From Candidatus Nitrosotenuis sp. (GTDB lineage Archaea > Thermoproteota > Nitrososphaeria > Nitrososphaerales > Nitrosopumilaceae): a stretch of DNA of 32,000 nt. Numbering within the stretch: position 1 is the first letter of the stretch; each line of letters begins with the position of its first letter. Below are positions 15,161 to 23,586 of this stretch, one piece after another. The translations under genes were made by a program, and so were the position numbers. The notes beneath the pieces were generated by a model. It was not told the origin of the DNA. It searched no databases and saw only the letters and a program-made list of their open reading frames with translations. The stretch is taken from contig JBASWV010000006.1 in the NCBI GenBank assembly GCA_049276655.1, forward strand, positions 321,953 through 353,952, written 5' to 3'.

Positions 15161-15787
15161 TCAGAAAGGTCCTTGGTTGTATCTGTCGGGATTCATTGCG
15201 TTAATGGCCGCAAGCGAAAATTTGCTGTCATATTCTCTGGCTATTGTCAGCGAGGCGTTTGCGATTATCAGCTCAAACAGTGATCGGGGGGTCAGGTTGA
15301 GTATGTTTGAGATCATCGCCTTTATCGGATCCATGTGGGTGACAAAGAGCACGTTTCTGTCGGGGTGGTTTTTGCAAGCATGGTCGACCATGCTCAGGAC
15401 TCGCTTTCGCACCTGGTCAAATGTCTCGACTCCGTTTTCCGCTATTGTCGGATCGCCCTGATAGAATTTCAAAAAGACGTTTCCGTGCTTTGCAAAAAGA
15501 TCATCGTACGCCATTCCGGAGAACTTGCCCATCTCCAGCTCGTATAGTCGCTCGTCCTCCCTTGGTGGGAGATTCAGGTGATTGCCTACAATTTCTGCGG
15601 TGTGCCTTGCACGCTCAATCGGGCTGGTGTAGATGTGGGTGATGCTTAGCGATTTTAGGAACTTGGCAATGTCGTGCGCTTGCTGGATTCCCTTTTCTGT
15701 TAGCGAAACGCCGGGCGCCCTTCCTGCCAGAACACGTGCTGTGTTGTTTTGTGCCTGACCATGGCGCAAAAATATTATCAGTCCCAT
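15161..15787 (-). CDS. Histidine phosphatase family protein (phosphoglycerate-mutase-like)
   Basis: MGLIIFLRHGQAQNN (RHG catalytic motif), SPIERARHTAEIV and VTHMDPI. ATG 15787 is preferred over the upstream TTG 15805. Confidence 0.75.
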   Translation of the reverse strand: MGLIIFLRHGQAQNNTARVLAGRAPGVSLTEKGIQQAHDIAKFLKSLSITHIYTSPIERARHTAEIVGNHLNLPPREDERLYELEMGKFSGMAYDDLFAKHGNVFLKFYQGDPTIAENGVETFDQVRKRVLSMVDHACKNHPDRNVLFVTHMDPIKAMISNILNLTPRSLFELIIANASLTIAREYDSKFSLAAINAMNPDRYNQGPF

Positions 15788-15805
15788 GGATTTTTGAAAT
15801 TGCAA

Positions 15806-17070
15806 ATAAAGATAATAGTGAACTTGCTATCGTACAAGTACAATAGTTTCTTCCTGCTTCCTTGATCTCTGAGAGATCTCTACAGGCGTAACTTCCCGCA
15901 GTCCCTGCGGTAGGCTTGATTTGATTTCAAAAACTTTCAAACCTTTTTTGAGAATGTTGATTGCAGCGTTATGATCTCTGTCCAAAATCAATCCACAGAC
16001 ATTGCAAGTGTGAATCCTTGTGGCTAAAGATTTTGGTGTAGGATAACCACATCTTGAACAGTCAGTGGTTGTATTTTTTGCAGGAACCTCAACCAACATG
16101 CATTTGTAGGCAAGCATTTTGGTAAACATACCCCACCCAGAATCAAGAATATTTCTCGCTAGATGATGATTTTTCACCATGTTTAATTTTGCCAGTCTTT
16201 CAACAAATACAATATCATGATTTTTTGCATAATGCGTTGATAATTTGTGTAAAAAGTCCTTTCTACGGTTTTTAATTCGTTCGTGGATTATTTGATACCA
16301 TTTTACAGCTTTTTTTCTGTTGTTTGATCCTATTTTTCTTCGGGATATTTTTCTCTGAATTCTTGCCAGGGGTTTTAGCAGTTTTTTCAAGTTTAGTGGA
16401 TTTGGTGTCACGTAACCATTTGAGTCATATGCAAAATTCCTAATTCCTACATCGATTCCAGTTGATTTTGTGATATTGATTTTTGGTAGATTTGAATCAA
16501 TATCGCACGTGATACACGCATACCATTTTTCTGATTTTGATTTTGTTACTATGATTTGTTTGATTTTTGCATTTTCGGGAATATTTCGATGTTTTCTAAT
16601 TTCCACAAACCCAATTTTTAGCAGATGTAATAGATCGGCATTACCATGTTTTACTACGTCAAAACCGGATTGATTGTATGTAAATGTGCGATAATCATTA
16701 TACTTGACAAACTTGAGAGCCCCTGTGTTGTGACCATTTTTATGTAAAGATGCCAGTGCTTTTTGTGCTACAGCAATCTGTGTTGATACCATTTGAAGCA
16801 TTTTGGAGTGATAATCATATAACCAATGTTCTGATTGTTTTAGCTCAGTTAAAAAATAATTCAGATCGTTTCGTGAGGAATATCCGTTTTTGTGTATTGT
16901 CTCCACCATTTTGTTGTAAACCCAACGACATGCATCTAAATTCTCTTGTAGTTTCTTTGCTTGATCAGAGTTTGGATATAAACGGAACTTGAAGTTTTTT
17001 GTCTGCATTGTACAGGATTTAGTTTTTTGTAGTTTAAAACGTTAATGTTTGAAGAATAGTTCTCCATTAT
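15806..17070 (-). mobile_element. IS200/IS605-family tnpB-only element (IS1341-like); boundaries approximate
   Basis: A full-length tnpB without tnpA is wedged between the divergent phosphatase and F420/NADP-reductase genes. AT-rich. Ends could not be defined from a single copy. Confidence 0.5.
15827..17008 (-). CDS. tnpB: TnpB (OrfB) RNA-guided endonuclease-type transposon protein
   Basis: N-terminus KFRLYPNSDQAKKLQENLDACRWVYN. RuvC residues in GIDVGIRNFA, VFVERL and DRDHNAAINI. Zn finger CSRCG...CNVCG. Confidence 0.9.
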   Translation of the reverse strand: MQTKNFKFRLYPNSDQAKKLQENLDACRWVYNKMVETIHKNGYSSRNDLNYFLTELKQSEHWLYDYHSKMLQMVSTQIAVAQKALASLHKNGHNTGALKFVKYNDYRTFTYNQSGFDVVKHGNADLLHLLKIGFVEIRKHRNIPENAKIKQIIVTKSKSEKWYACITCDIDSNLPKINITKSTGIDVGIRNFAYDSNGYVTPNPLNLKKLLKPLARIQRKISRRKIGSNNRKKAVKWYQIIHERIKNRRKDFLHKLSTHYAKNHDIVFVERLAKLNMVKNHHLARNILDSGWGMFTKMLAYKCMLVEVPAKNTTTDCSRCGYPTPKSLATRIHTCNVCGLILDRDHNAAINILKKGLKVFEIKSSLPQGLREVTPVEISQRSRKQEETIVLVR

Positions 17071-17151
17071 TTGATGAGCCATCCGCATGATAAATTTGCG
17101 ATCATTGAAATCTTCCATAAGGATAATAATAACATTGCCTGTCGGGGATCG

Positions 17152-17823
17152 TTGAAAATAGGAATAATCGGCGGCACCGGCGGAATGGGCAAGGGGTTTG
17201 CACTGAGATGGTGCCAAAAACACGAGATCCTAATCGGCTCGCGGGATGCAGCTCGTGCAGCTGCGGCCGCATCCGAATATCTTTCCGAGGCAAAGCAGTT
17301 CTATGGAAGCATTTCCGGTACGATATCTGGCAAGGACAACCTGGCAGTTGCGCAGGAAAGCGATGTTCTGATCTTATCCATTCCATATGAGAATATCGAC
17401 TCGGTCTGCTCTGAGCTGCTCGGTAAAATAAAAAACGGCTGCGTTGTGGTCTCGCCAATTGTTCCGATGACAAAGACAGATATCGGATTTGAGTTCATAC
17501 CGCTAAAAGAGAACAAGCCGTTTTCTCACCAGCTTGTGCAAAAATACATGAAGGACAAGACAAAGCTGGTTTCTGCGTTTCATGTGATATCGGAAAAAAA
17601 GCTTGCAGACCCCAAGTTCGCGCTGGACTATGACATTTTTGTTTGCGGCGACGGCAAGGAATCGGTGGATGTCGTCAACGGTTTGATTTTGGAGATAAAG
17701 GGTCTAAGACCGATCTTTTTAGGTTCTGGCGCACTGGCGTACATGGCAGAGATTGCAACTCCGCTGCTTCTCAACGCCATGATTAAAAACAAGATGAAAA
17801 ACCCAGGCATCAAGATTCTATAA
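17152..17823 (+). CDS. F420-dependent NADP oxidoreductase-like protein (NpdG family)
   Basis: LKIGIIGGTGGMGKGFALRW Rossmann start typical of the family. TTG 17152 is preferred. The ORF track starts at 17071 with a 27-codon extension lying next to the IS end. Confidence 0.6.
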   Translation: MKIGIIGGTGGMGKGFALRWCQKHEILIGSRDAARAAAAASEYLSEAKQFYGSISGTISGKDNLAVAQESDVLILSIPYENIDSVCSELLGKIKNGCVVVSPIVPMTKTDIGFEFIPLKENKPFSHQLVQKYMKDKTKLVSAFHVISEKKLADPKFALDYDIFVCGDGKESVDVVNGLILEIKGLRPIFLGSGALAYMAEIATPLLLNAMIKNKMKNPGIKIL

Positions 17824-18051
17824 ATGAGCCACGCCACCCGCCGCGGCAGAAACTGGTACTCTGCCATGGGAGTTTTGTTCATAATAGTGGGCGCCATAGT
17901 GATGATACGAAATGTTATCATCTGGAGCCCCGAGTTTGTGCTGGACTTTCTTTTAAATTCCGAAATTACAAACGAAAAGATCTCAGTCGGAATGTTTGTC
18001 TTTGGCGGAGTCTTGTTATTTGTGGGGTTTAGAAAGAAAAATGTTCAGTAG
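17824..18051 (+). CDS. Small two-TM membrane protein
   Basis: ATG directly after the upstream stop (TAAATG). Two hydrophobic helices. Confidence 0.4.
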   Translation: MSHATRRGRNWYSAMGVLFIIVGAIVMIRNVIIWSPEFVLDFLLNSEITNEKISVGMFVFGGVLLFVGFRKKNVQ

Positions 18052-18439
18052 GGACAGATTCCTAAAGGAACAGAAAATACTGCACCTTGCCACAGTTGGC
18101 TCAAATGGAAATCCGCACATAGTTCCGGTCTGGTACAGGTATGTGGCAAAAAAGTTCTACGTCGGCACAAGCACAAAAACCGCAAAGGCAAGAAACGTGC
18201 GAAAAAACAAAGCGGTCTCGTTTTGCGTCGACGCCGGCGTGTGGCACCCAATAAATGGGATCATGGGGGTAGGCAGGGCAAGGCTGATCATGGAAAAATC
18301 AAAGGTAAGGAAAATCGCAGGCCAGATCATGCTCCGCTATTTTAAGAGCCTTGACAACAAATCCGCAAGGCAGCTGCTGGCTGATACCGACTGCATAATA
18401 GAGATTACGCCAAAAAAAATCACTAGCTGGCACTACTGA
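18041..18439 (+). CDS. Pyridoxamine 5'-phosphate oxidase family / split-barrel flavin (possibly F420) binding protein
   Basis: From ATG 18041: MFSRDRFLKEQKILHLATVGSNGNPHIVPVWY...AVSFCVD, a typical PPOX-like split-barrel signature. Confidence 0.65.
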   Translation: MFSRDRFLKEQKILHLATVGSNGNPHIVPVWYRYVAKKFYVGTSTKTAKARNVRKNKAVSFCVDAGVWHPINGIMGVGRARLIMEKSKVRKIAGQIMLRYFKSLDNKSARQLLADTDCIIEITPKKITSWHY

Positions 18440-19628
18440 CGAACCTTTCTATTTCGTCCAGCGCAAATCCCAGAGTCTTCAGATCGGGCAAAAAGACGAT
18501 TCTGAAATGGCCGCTGCCGTATTTTGTTCCAAAGCCGGAGCCGTGCACTGTGAGGACTCCGGTTTTTTTTAGCAGCTCCACTACGAACTCTTGGTCTGTT
18601 TTGTATGGGTTTCTTTCTATTCTTGGAAAGGCGTAGAATGCGCCCCTTGGGTTTGAGCACGACAGCCCCGGAATGGAGTTGATTCGCTTTACGACAAAGT
18701 CGCGCCTTTTTTTCAGCTCCGATACGAACTGGCCTATGTATTCCTGCGGGCCGCGGAGCGATTCCAGGGCCGCATGCTGGACTGGTAGGTTTGTCGATAT
18801 TCTTACGCGCGCAAGCTTTGGTAGGTTTTCTCGTAGCGGTGCGAGCCTTGCCGAGTTGTTAAATGCGACGTATCCTATCCGCCAGCCGGACATGAGGTGG
18901 ACCTTTGAGAATCCGTTTAGCAAAATTATCGGCGAGTCCTGCGATACCTTGCCTATTCCGGTGAACTTTTCGTCAAATACTATCTGGTCGTATATCTCGT
19001 CGCAGATTATGTAAAGGTCGTGCTCGTTTGCAATGTCCACTAGCTGCTTTAGCGATTTTTCTGAAAAGACGACGCCCGTCGGGTTGTTGGGGCTGATAAG
19101 GCATATTGCCACGGTTTTTTTCGTGATTTTTGACTTGATGTCAGAAATGTCCGGAGTCGAGTTTTTCAGATCCACTGCAAACTCTACTGGTATCCCGCCG
19201 TGCAGTCTCACATATGACGCATATGGCGGATAGTATGGCCCCGGCAGCAGCACCTCGTCTCCTTCTTCGACAATCGACGACATCACCATGTCAAGTGCCT
19301 CGGATACGCCGTTTGTGACTAGGATGTCGTCTGCGGAGACCGAGAGGCCCTTGGCTTTTTCTTTTTGTGCTATTGCCTCTCGCAGCTCGGGCAGCCCCTC
19401 GGACTGGGCGTAATAGTTTTGGTTCCCCTGTATTGCCTGTATCATGGCGTCCTTTACGTTCTGGGGCGGCTGGAACCCGTACTGGACAGGGTCGCCTATG
19501 TTGAGATACGTGATGTTTTTTCCTTGTTTTTCTACCTGCCTTGCGACAAGTACGATGTCTCGTATTGCGTACTCTACTCCTGAGACTTTTTTTGAAACCT
19601 TCAAGAATCTAGACAGATATTTAGCCAT
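18423..19628 (-). CDS. Class I/II PLP-dependent aminotransferase (aspartate/alanine aminotransferase-like)
   Basis: ISPNNPTG and NGFSKVHLMSGWRIGY (PLP-lysine motif). 401 aa. Confidence 0.85.
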   Translation of the reverse strand: MAKYLSRFLKVSKKVSGVEYAIRDIVLVARQVEKQGKNITYLNIGDPVQYGFQPPQNVKDAMIQAIQGNQNYYAQSEGLPELREAIAQKEKAKGLSVSADDILVTNGVSEALDMVMSSIVEEGDEVLLPGPYYPPYASYVRLHGGIPVEFAVDLKNSTPDISDIKSKITKKTVAICLISPNNPTGVVFSEKSLKQLVDIANEHDLYIICDEIYDQIVFDEKFTGIGKVSQDSPIILLNGFSKVHLMSGWRIGYVAFNNSARLAPLRENLPKLARVRISTNLPVQHAALESLRGPQEYIGQFVSELKKRRDFVVKRINSIPGLSCSNPRGAFYAFPRIERNPYKTDQEFVVELLKKTGVLTVHGSGFGTKYGSGHFRIVFLPDLKTLGFALDEIERFVSSAS

Positions 19629-19876
19629 GTTAAAGTCTTACCCCTTTGGACTCGGGTTCTGTTCAAATGCCAGAGTATCACGTAAAATCTCCAGCTTTCA
19701 ACTTCGATACATCGACTCTGAGGATTACCGGATTCTGAAGATCTGGGTTCTCCCTCATTGGATCGATGAATTTTATTGGGATTCCTACCGGTAAAACCTT
19801 GGCATGGAATAGAATCTCCGTTTTGGTTTTTGTTTATCATAGCTAGACAGATATGTGCCTATAATCAAAGTGTCTT

Positions 19877-19951
19877 GGACTCGTAGCACAGTCTGGATAG
19901 TGCGGGCGGCTTCGGACCGCCAGGTCGAGGGATCGAAGCCCTCCGAGCCCT
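19877..19951 (+). tRNA. tRNA-Arg (anticodon UCG)
   Basis: Hand fold: acceptor GGACTCG/CGAGCCC (A3-C70 mismatch), D arm GCAC-AGTCTGGATA-GTGC, anticodon arm GGCGG-CTTCGGA-CCGCC, T arm GAGGG-ATCGAAG-CCCTC. Confidence 0.75.
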
Positions 19952-20022
19952 TATCTTAAATATGGATTTTTTCTAAATCAAAAGATGAAAAGCGATTTTT
20001 GTTTTCGAGCTGAAGTGGAACC

Positions 20023-20472
20023 ATGAACAAGGCTTTAGCTGATGAATTAAGATTGGTAAAGGCTGCAAGGGGAGATTATCGTTTTATTTATAAAATTGTC
20101 AGGGACTGGATGGAACAAACTGATCATTCGGTTACGGTGCTAAAGATGCCGTCTTTTGCAAAATTCTTCAAAGCAAAGGCTAGCAGGTATGTTATAAAAA
20201 AAGGCCCAACCAAGATAGGTTTTGTCCACATCCTTGCAAATAATGAAATTGGATACTATTTGGCACCTGAATTTCAGGGCATGGGTATTGGTACTTGGGC
20301 CGTAGCAAGCCTCATGAAAATAAAAAAAAGAGGGCGATATTTTGCTACAATTAACAAAAAAAATGCTGCTTCTGTAAAGCTGGTAACCAAACTAGGATTC
20401 AAGCCAAAGGGAATAATTTACGAGAAAGTTATGACAAAAGGCCGTAAAAGAAAGAAACCAAATAAACACTAG
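20023..20472 (+). CDS. GNAT family N-acetyltransferase
   Basis: Motif A-like FQGMGIGTWAV and NAASVKLVTKLGFKP. Lys-rich C-terminal tail. Confidence 0.7.
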   Translation: MNKALADELRLVKAARGDYRFIYKIVRDWMEQTDHSVTVLKMPSFAKFFKAKASRYVIKKGPTKIGFVHILANNEIGYYLAPEFQGMGIGTWAVASLMKIKKRGRYFATINKKNAASVKLVTKLGFKPKGIIYEKVMTKGRKRKKPNKH

Positions 20473-20523
20473 GTTGTCGAACCGTTGAGACCAGGTAACT
20501 ATATTAGAAGAAATCACGTACGT

Positions 20524-20766
20524 ATGTCCATGCCCGGAATAGGCCTGATGAAAAAAAGACTGGAAACAGAAAAGCAGGCAATCGCTTTGGCAGTCTCCGG
20601 CGTCGCAAAACAATACAACGTCATGCCCTCTGAGACCAAAACGCTTGAAGTGCAGTACGATACCGAGGCGGGGGACTGGTATGTCGCGCTAGGATTTGGA
20701 GAAAAGCGCACAGTTGTAAGGATGGATTCGGTCCATGCCACCATCACTGAAATAAAAGAAGTCTAG
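20524..20766 (+). CDS. Hypothetical small protein
   Basis: ATG 20524 lies within ORF 20485-20766. No family recognised. Confidence 0.35.
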   Translation: MSMPGIGLMKKRLETEKQAIALAVSGVAKQYNVMPSETKTLEVQYDTEAGDWYVALGFGEKRTVVRMDSVHATITEIKEV

Positions 20767-21399
20767 TTATTTTTTGAATTGGACGTTTGGCGCTTCTTGC
20801 GTCGGTATTATGATCAGCCCGCCCTCTCTTAGCTGGTTTATGAGCTGGAGCACCTCTTTTTCCACCTGGGACCGGTGCAGGCCTGTCTTTTGCGCAAAGA
20901 CATCCACTAGCTCCGTTATCTTTCTTTTTCCGTTGCATGATTTCCAAAAGTCCACAATTGCCTGGTTTACCATGAATCCCTGGTCGTGCTCGTTTGCAAG
21001 CACCATTCCGCCGTCTTCCTGCTGGATTAGTGAGCCCACGCCCTGCGGCATTGCGGTTTCATAATCTATTGGCGCCGGCATGCCTTTTGCCGAGAATCCC
21101 TTTAGCTTTGCCCTTGCCGTTTCTGACATTTTGTCTATTGTCCATGGGGGATCCCACACGATATCGACTGTCACGTTGTTGACGCCGGGGACCTTTTTTG
21201 CATATCTGGTCACATCCTGGACCAGCGTTTGGTGCAGGGGGCAGCCCTGTGTAGTCATTGTCATTTTGATGTGCACGTCATTTGATGGAGTGATGTCGAT
21301 TCCGTAGATCAGGCCCATCTCCACTATGTTTAGCGGGACTTCGGGATCCATACAGTTGGTGAGGGATGTTCGTATTTGCTCGGCAGTTACCGCAGTCAT
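20767..21399 (-). CDS. DUF59/MIP18 (SufT-like Fe-S assembly) domain fused to a PqqD-like domain
   Basis: N-terminus: CMDPEVPLNIVEMGLIY...MTMTTQGCPL...VDIVWDPPWT. C-terminus: FMVNQAIVDFWKSCNGKRKITELVDVFAQKTGLHRSQVEKEVLQLINQLREGGLI, matching the PqqD/RRE pattern. Confidence 0.7.
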   Translation of the reverse strand: MTAVTAEQIRTSLTNCMDPEVPLNIVEMGLIYGIDITPSNDVHIKMTMTTQGCPLHQTLVQDVTRYAKKVPGVNNVTVDIVWDPPWTIDKMSETARAKLKGFSAKGMPAPIDYETAMPQGVGSLIQQEDGGMVLANEHDQGFMVNQAIVDFWKSCNGKRKITELVDVFAQKTGLHRSQVEKEVLQLINQLREGGLIIIPTQEAPNVQFKK

Positions 21400-21435
21400 A
21401 TTTTGTATTTCTTTTTAAAAATGAATAAAAACTTT

Positions 21436-22491
21436 CTATTTCTTAGCTGCAAATAACTTTTTGATAGACTGCTCAAATGGGGGCTTTGCCACGCCTGCCT
21501 CGGTTATTATGCCTGAGATTAGCTCTGGTGGCGTCATGTCAAAGGCCGGGTTTATCACGCCTATACCATCTGGCGCGGTTTTTTTGTCGCCGATTTGCGT
21601 GACCTCGGTTCCCTTTCTTTGCTCAATTATGACATTTTCTGGGTTGCTTTTTAGGTCAAATGTAGAAAGCGGCGCCGCAACATAAAACGGGATTCCGTGC
21701 TGTTTTGCCATCAGTGCTACCTGGTATGTTCCTATTTTGTTGTAGACGTGGCCTGTCCTTAGGATCCTGTCTGCTCCCACTACTACCTTGTTTACAAGCT
21801 TGTTTGCCATGGTGTATCCTACTGCGGTATCTGGAATAAGGCTGACATCTATTCCGTCGTGGTGCAGCTCAAATGCTGTCAGCCTTGAGCCTTGTTGCAC
21901 GGGTCTTGTCTCTGTTGCAATTACCTTGATTTTTTTGCCGCTTTCTTTTGTGGCGCGTATCACCCCAAGTGCTGTACCATATGCCACAGTAGCCAGCGAG
22001 CCGGCATTACAATGCGTCATGATGGTGTCGTTGTTATCAAACAGTACGGAGCCGTTTTTTCCCATCGCCATGTTTATCTTGATGTCCTCGTCTGCCATTT
22101 GCTTTGCAGTGTTGATTATGGTTTCTCTGATCTGAGATACGTCGCTGCCGTTTTTTGCTACCTTCATTATTTGCTCAAGGCCCCACGCCAGGTTCACAGC
22201 AGTCGGTCTTGTTTCAAAGAGAATTTTTTTTGCGTTTTCCAGATCCGAGATCAGCTCGTCTTTTGTTTTTGCACTGCTTTGTAATGCTGCCAGGGCCAGC
22301 CCAAATGCGCCTGCCACGCCGATTGCCGGCGCGCCGCGTATTATTAGCGTCTTGATTGCGTGCGCCACGTCCTTAAAATCCGAATATTCCACGAACACCA
22401 GCTCGTTTGGGAGCCTAGTCTGATCAATCATTACCACTTTGTTGTTTTTCCATTCGATTGTCTTTAGCAAGGTAAACGCTTTTTCTTCCAA
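21436..22491 (-). CDS. mtnA: Methylthioribose-1-phosphate isomerase / aIF-2B-like sugar-phosphate isomerase
   Basis: IEWKNNKVVMIDQTRLP...IRGAPAIGVAGAFGLALA...CNAGSLAT...VVVGADRI. TTG start. Confidence 0.8.
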   Translation of the reverse strand: MEEKAFTLLKTIEWKNNKVVMIDQTRLPNELVFVEYSDFKDVAHAIKTLIIRGAPAIGVAGAFGLALAALQSSAKTKDELISDLENAKKILFETRPTAVNLAWGLEQIMKVAKNGSDVSQIRETIINTAKQMADEDIKINMAMGKNGSVLFDNNDTIMTHCNAGSLATVAYGTALGVIRATKESGKKIKVIATETRPVQQGSRLTAFELHHDGIDVSLIPDTAVGYTMANKLVNKVVVGADRILRTGHVYNKIGTYQVALMAKQHGIPFYVAAPLSTFDLKSNPENVIIEQRKGTEVTQIGDKKTAPDGIGVINPAFDMTPPELISGIITEAGVAKPPFEQSIKKLFAAKK

Positions 22492-22524
22492 TCTGATAAG
22501 ACGAGACTAGATTCTATATTTAAA

Positions 22525-23586
22525 ATGAACCTGTTAACGTTATATTTTCAATCTTTTAGCAAGAATCAATTGTTTGATTTGAACACCTTGGAAAGATATG
22601 ATTCGCTTGGCATGTACAAAGTGTATGATAGCTGGCCGCAGATTGCAAAAAAATGCCGTGATTCGGATCTTGCGCCTGTCAGCTTTGAGAATGTCTCCCA
22701 TGTCGTTTTGGCCGGGATGGGCGGCTCTGGGGCAATTCACGACATAATCTCTGCCATCCTATCCAAAGTAAATGTGCACATCTCGGTTGTAAAGGGATAC
22801 CACATCCCAAACACGGTTGACGCCAATACTTTGGTCGTGACGACTAGTGTGACTGGCAATACTGCGGAAACTCTGACTGTTTTGGATTCTGCCAAAAGAT
22901 CCGGTTGCAAAATCGTCGCGTTTTCAGACGGCGGAAAAATGATGGGTTACTGTACTAAGAACAATATCGAGCACCGGCGCATTCCAATGTATCACTCCCC
23001 AAGAGCATCGTTTACCTCGTTTCTATTTTCAATGCTGAGGGTTTTGCAGCCCGTCATTCCGATAAAAAGCGAAGATATTACGGAGTCGATTGATAATTTA
23101 GAACTTTTACAACGTTCCATATCGACCGGGAACCTAACTGAGACGAATTCGGCGCTTGGCCTTGCAAACTGGATAACCGAAATGCCTGTGATTTACTATC
23201 CGTGGGGACTGCAGGCAGCGGCCATTCGTTTTAAGAATTCACTTCAGGAAAATGCAAAGATGCACGCCATTGCAGAAGATGTAATCGAAGCATGCCATAA
23301 TGGGGTGGTCGCGTGGGAAAAACAGTCGAACTTTAAACCGATTTTGCTGCGCGGGCAGGACGATTATATAAAAACCAAGGAACGCTGGGAGATCCTAAAA
23401 GACTTTTTTGAGAAAAAGCAGATAGACTACAAAGAGATCTCTTCAGTGAGCGGAAGCATCCTGTCGAAGCTGATCAATCTCATTTATCTGCTAGATTTTG
23501 CTACGATTTACCTTGCCGCAATACGCGGCGTCAACCCAACCCCCGTCGACGCAATAGACTTTATCAAGTCCAGAACCGACGGCTAG
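22525..23586 (+). CDS. Bifunctional phosphoglucose/phosphomannose isomerase (archaeal SIS-domain PGI/PMI)
   Basis: VVLAGMGGSGAIHD, the SIS-domain layout, and the typical C-terminal IRGVNPTPVDAID. Confidence 0.8.
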   Translation: MNLLTLYFQSFSKNQLFDLNTLERYDSLGMYKVYDSWPQIAKKCRDSDLAPVSFENVSHVVLAGMGGSGAIHDIISAILSKVNVHISVVKGYHIPNTVDANTLVVTTSVTGNTAETLTVLDSAKRSGCKIVAFSDGGKMMGYCTKNNIEHRRIPMYHSPRASFTSFLFSMLRVLQPVIPIKSEDITESIDNLELLQRSISTGNLTETNSALGLANWITEMPVIYYPWGLQAAAIRFKNSLQENAKMHAIAEDVIEACHNGVVAWEKQSNFKPILLRGQDDYIKTKERWEILKDFFEKKQIDYKEISSVSGSILSKLINLIYLLDFATIYLAAIRGVNPTPVDAIDFIKSRTDG

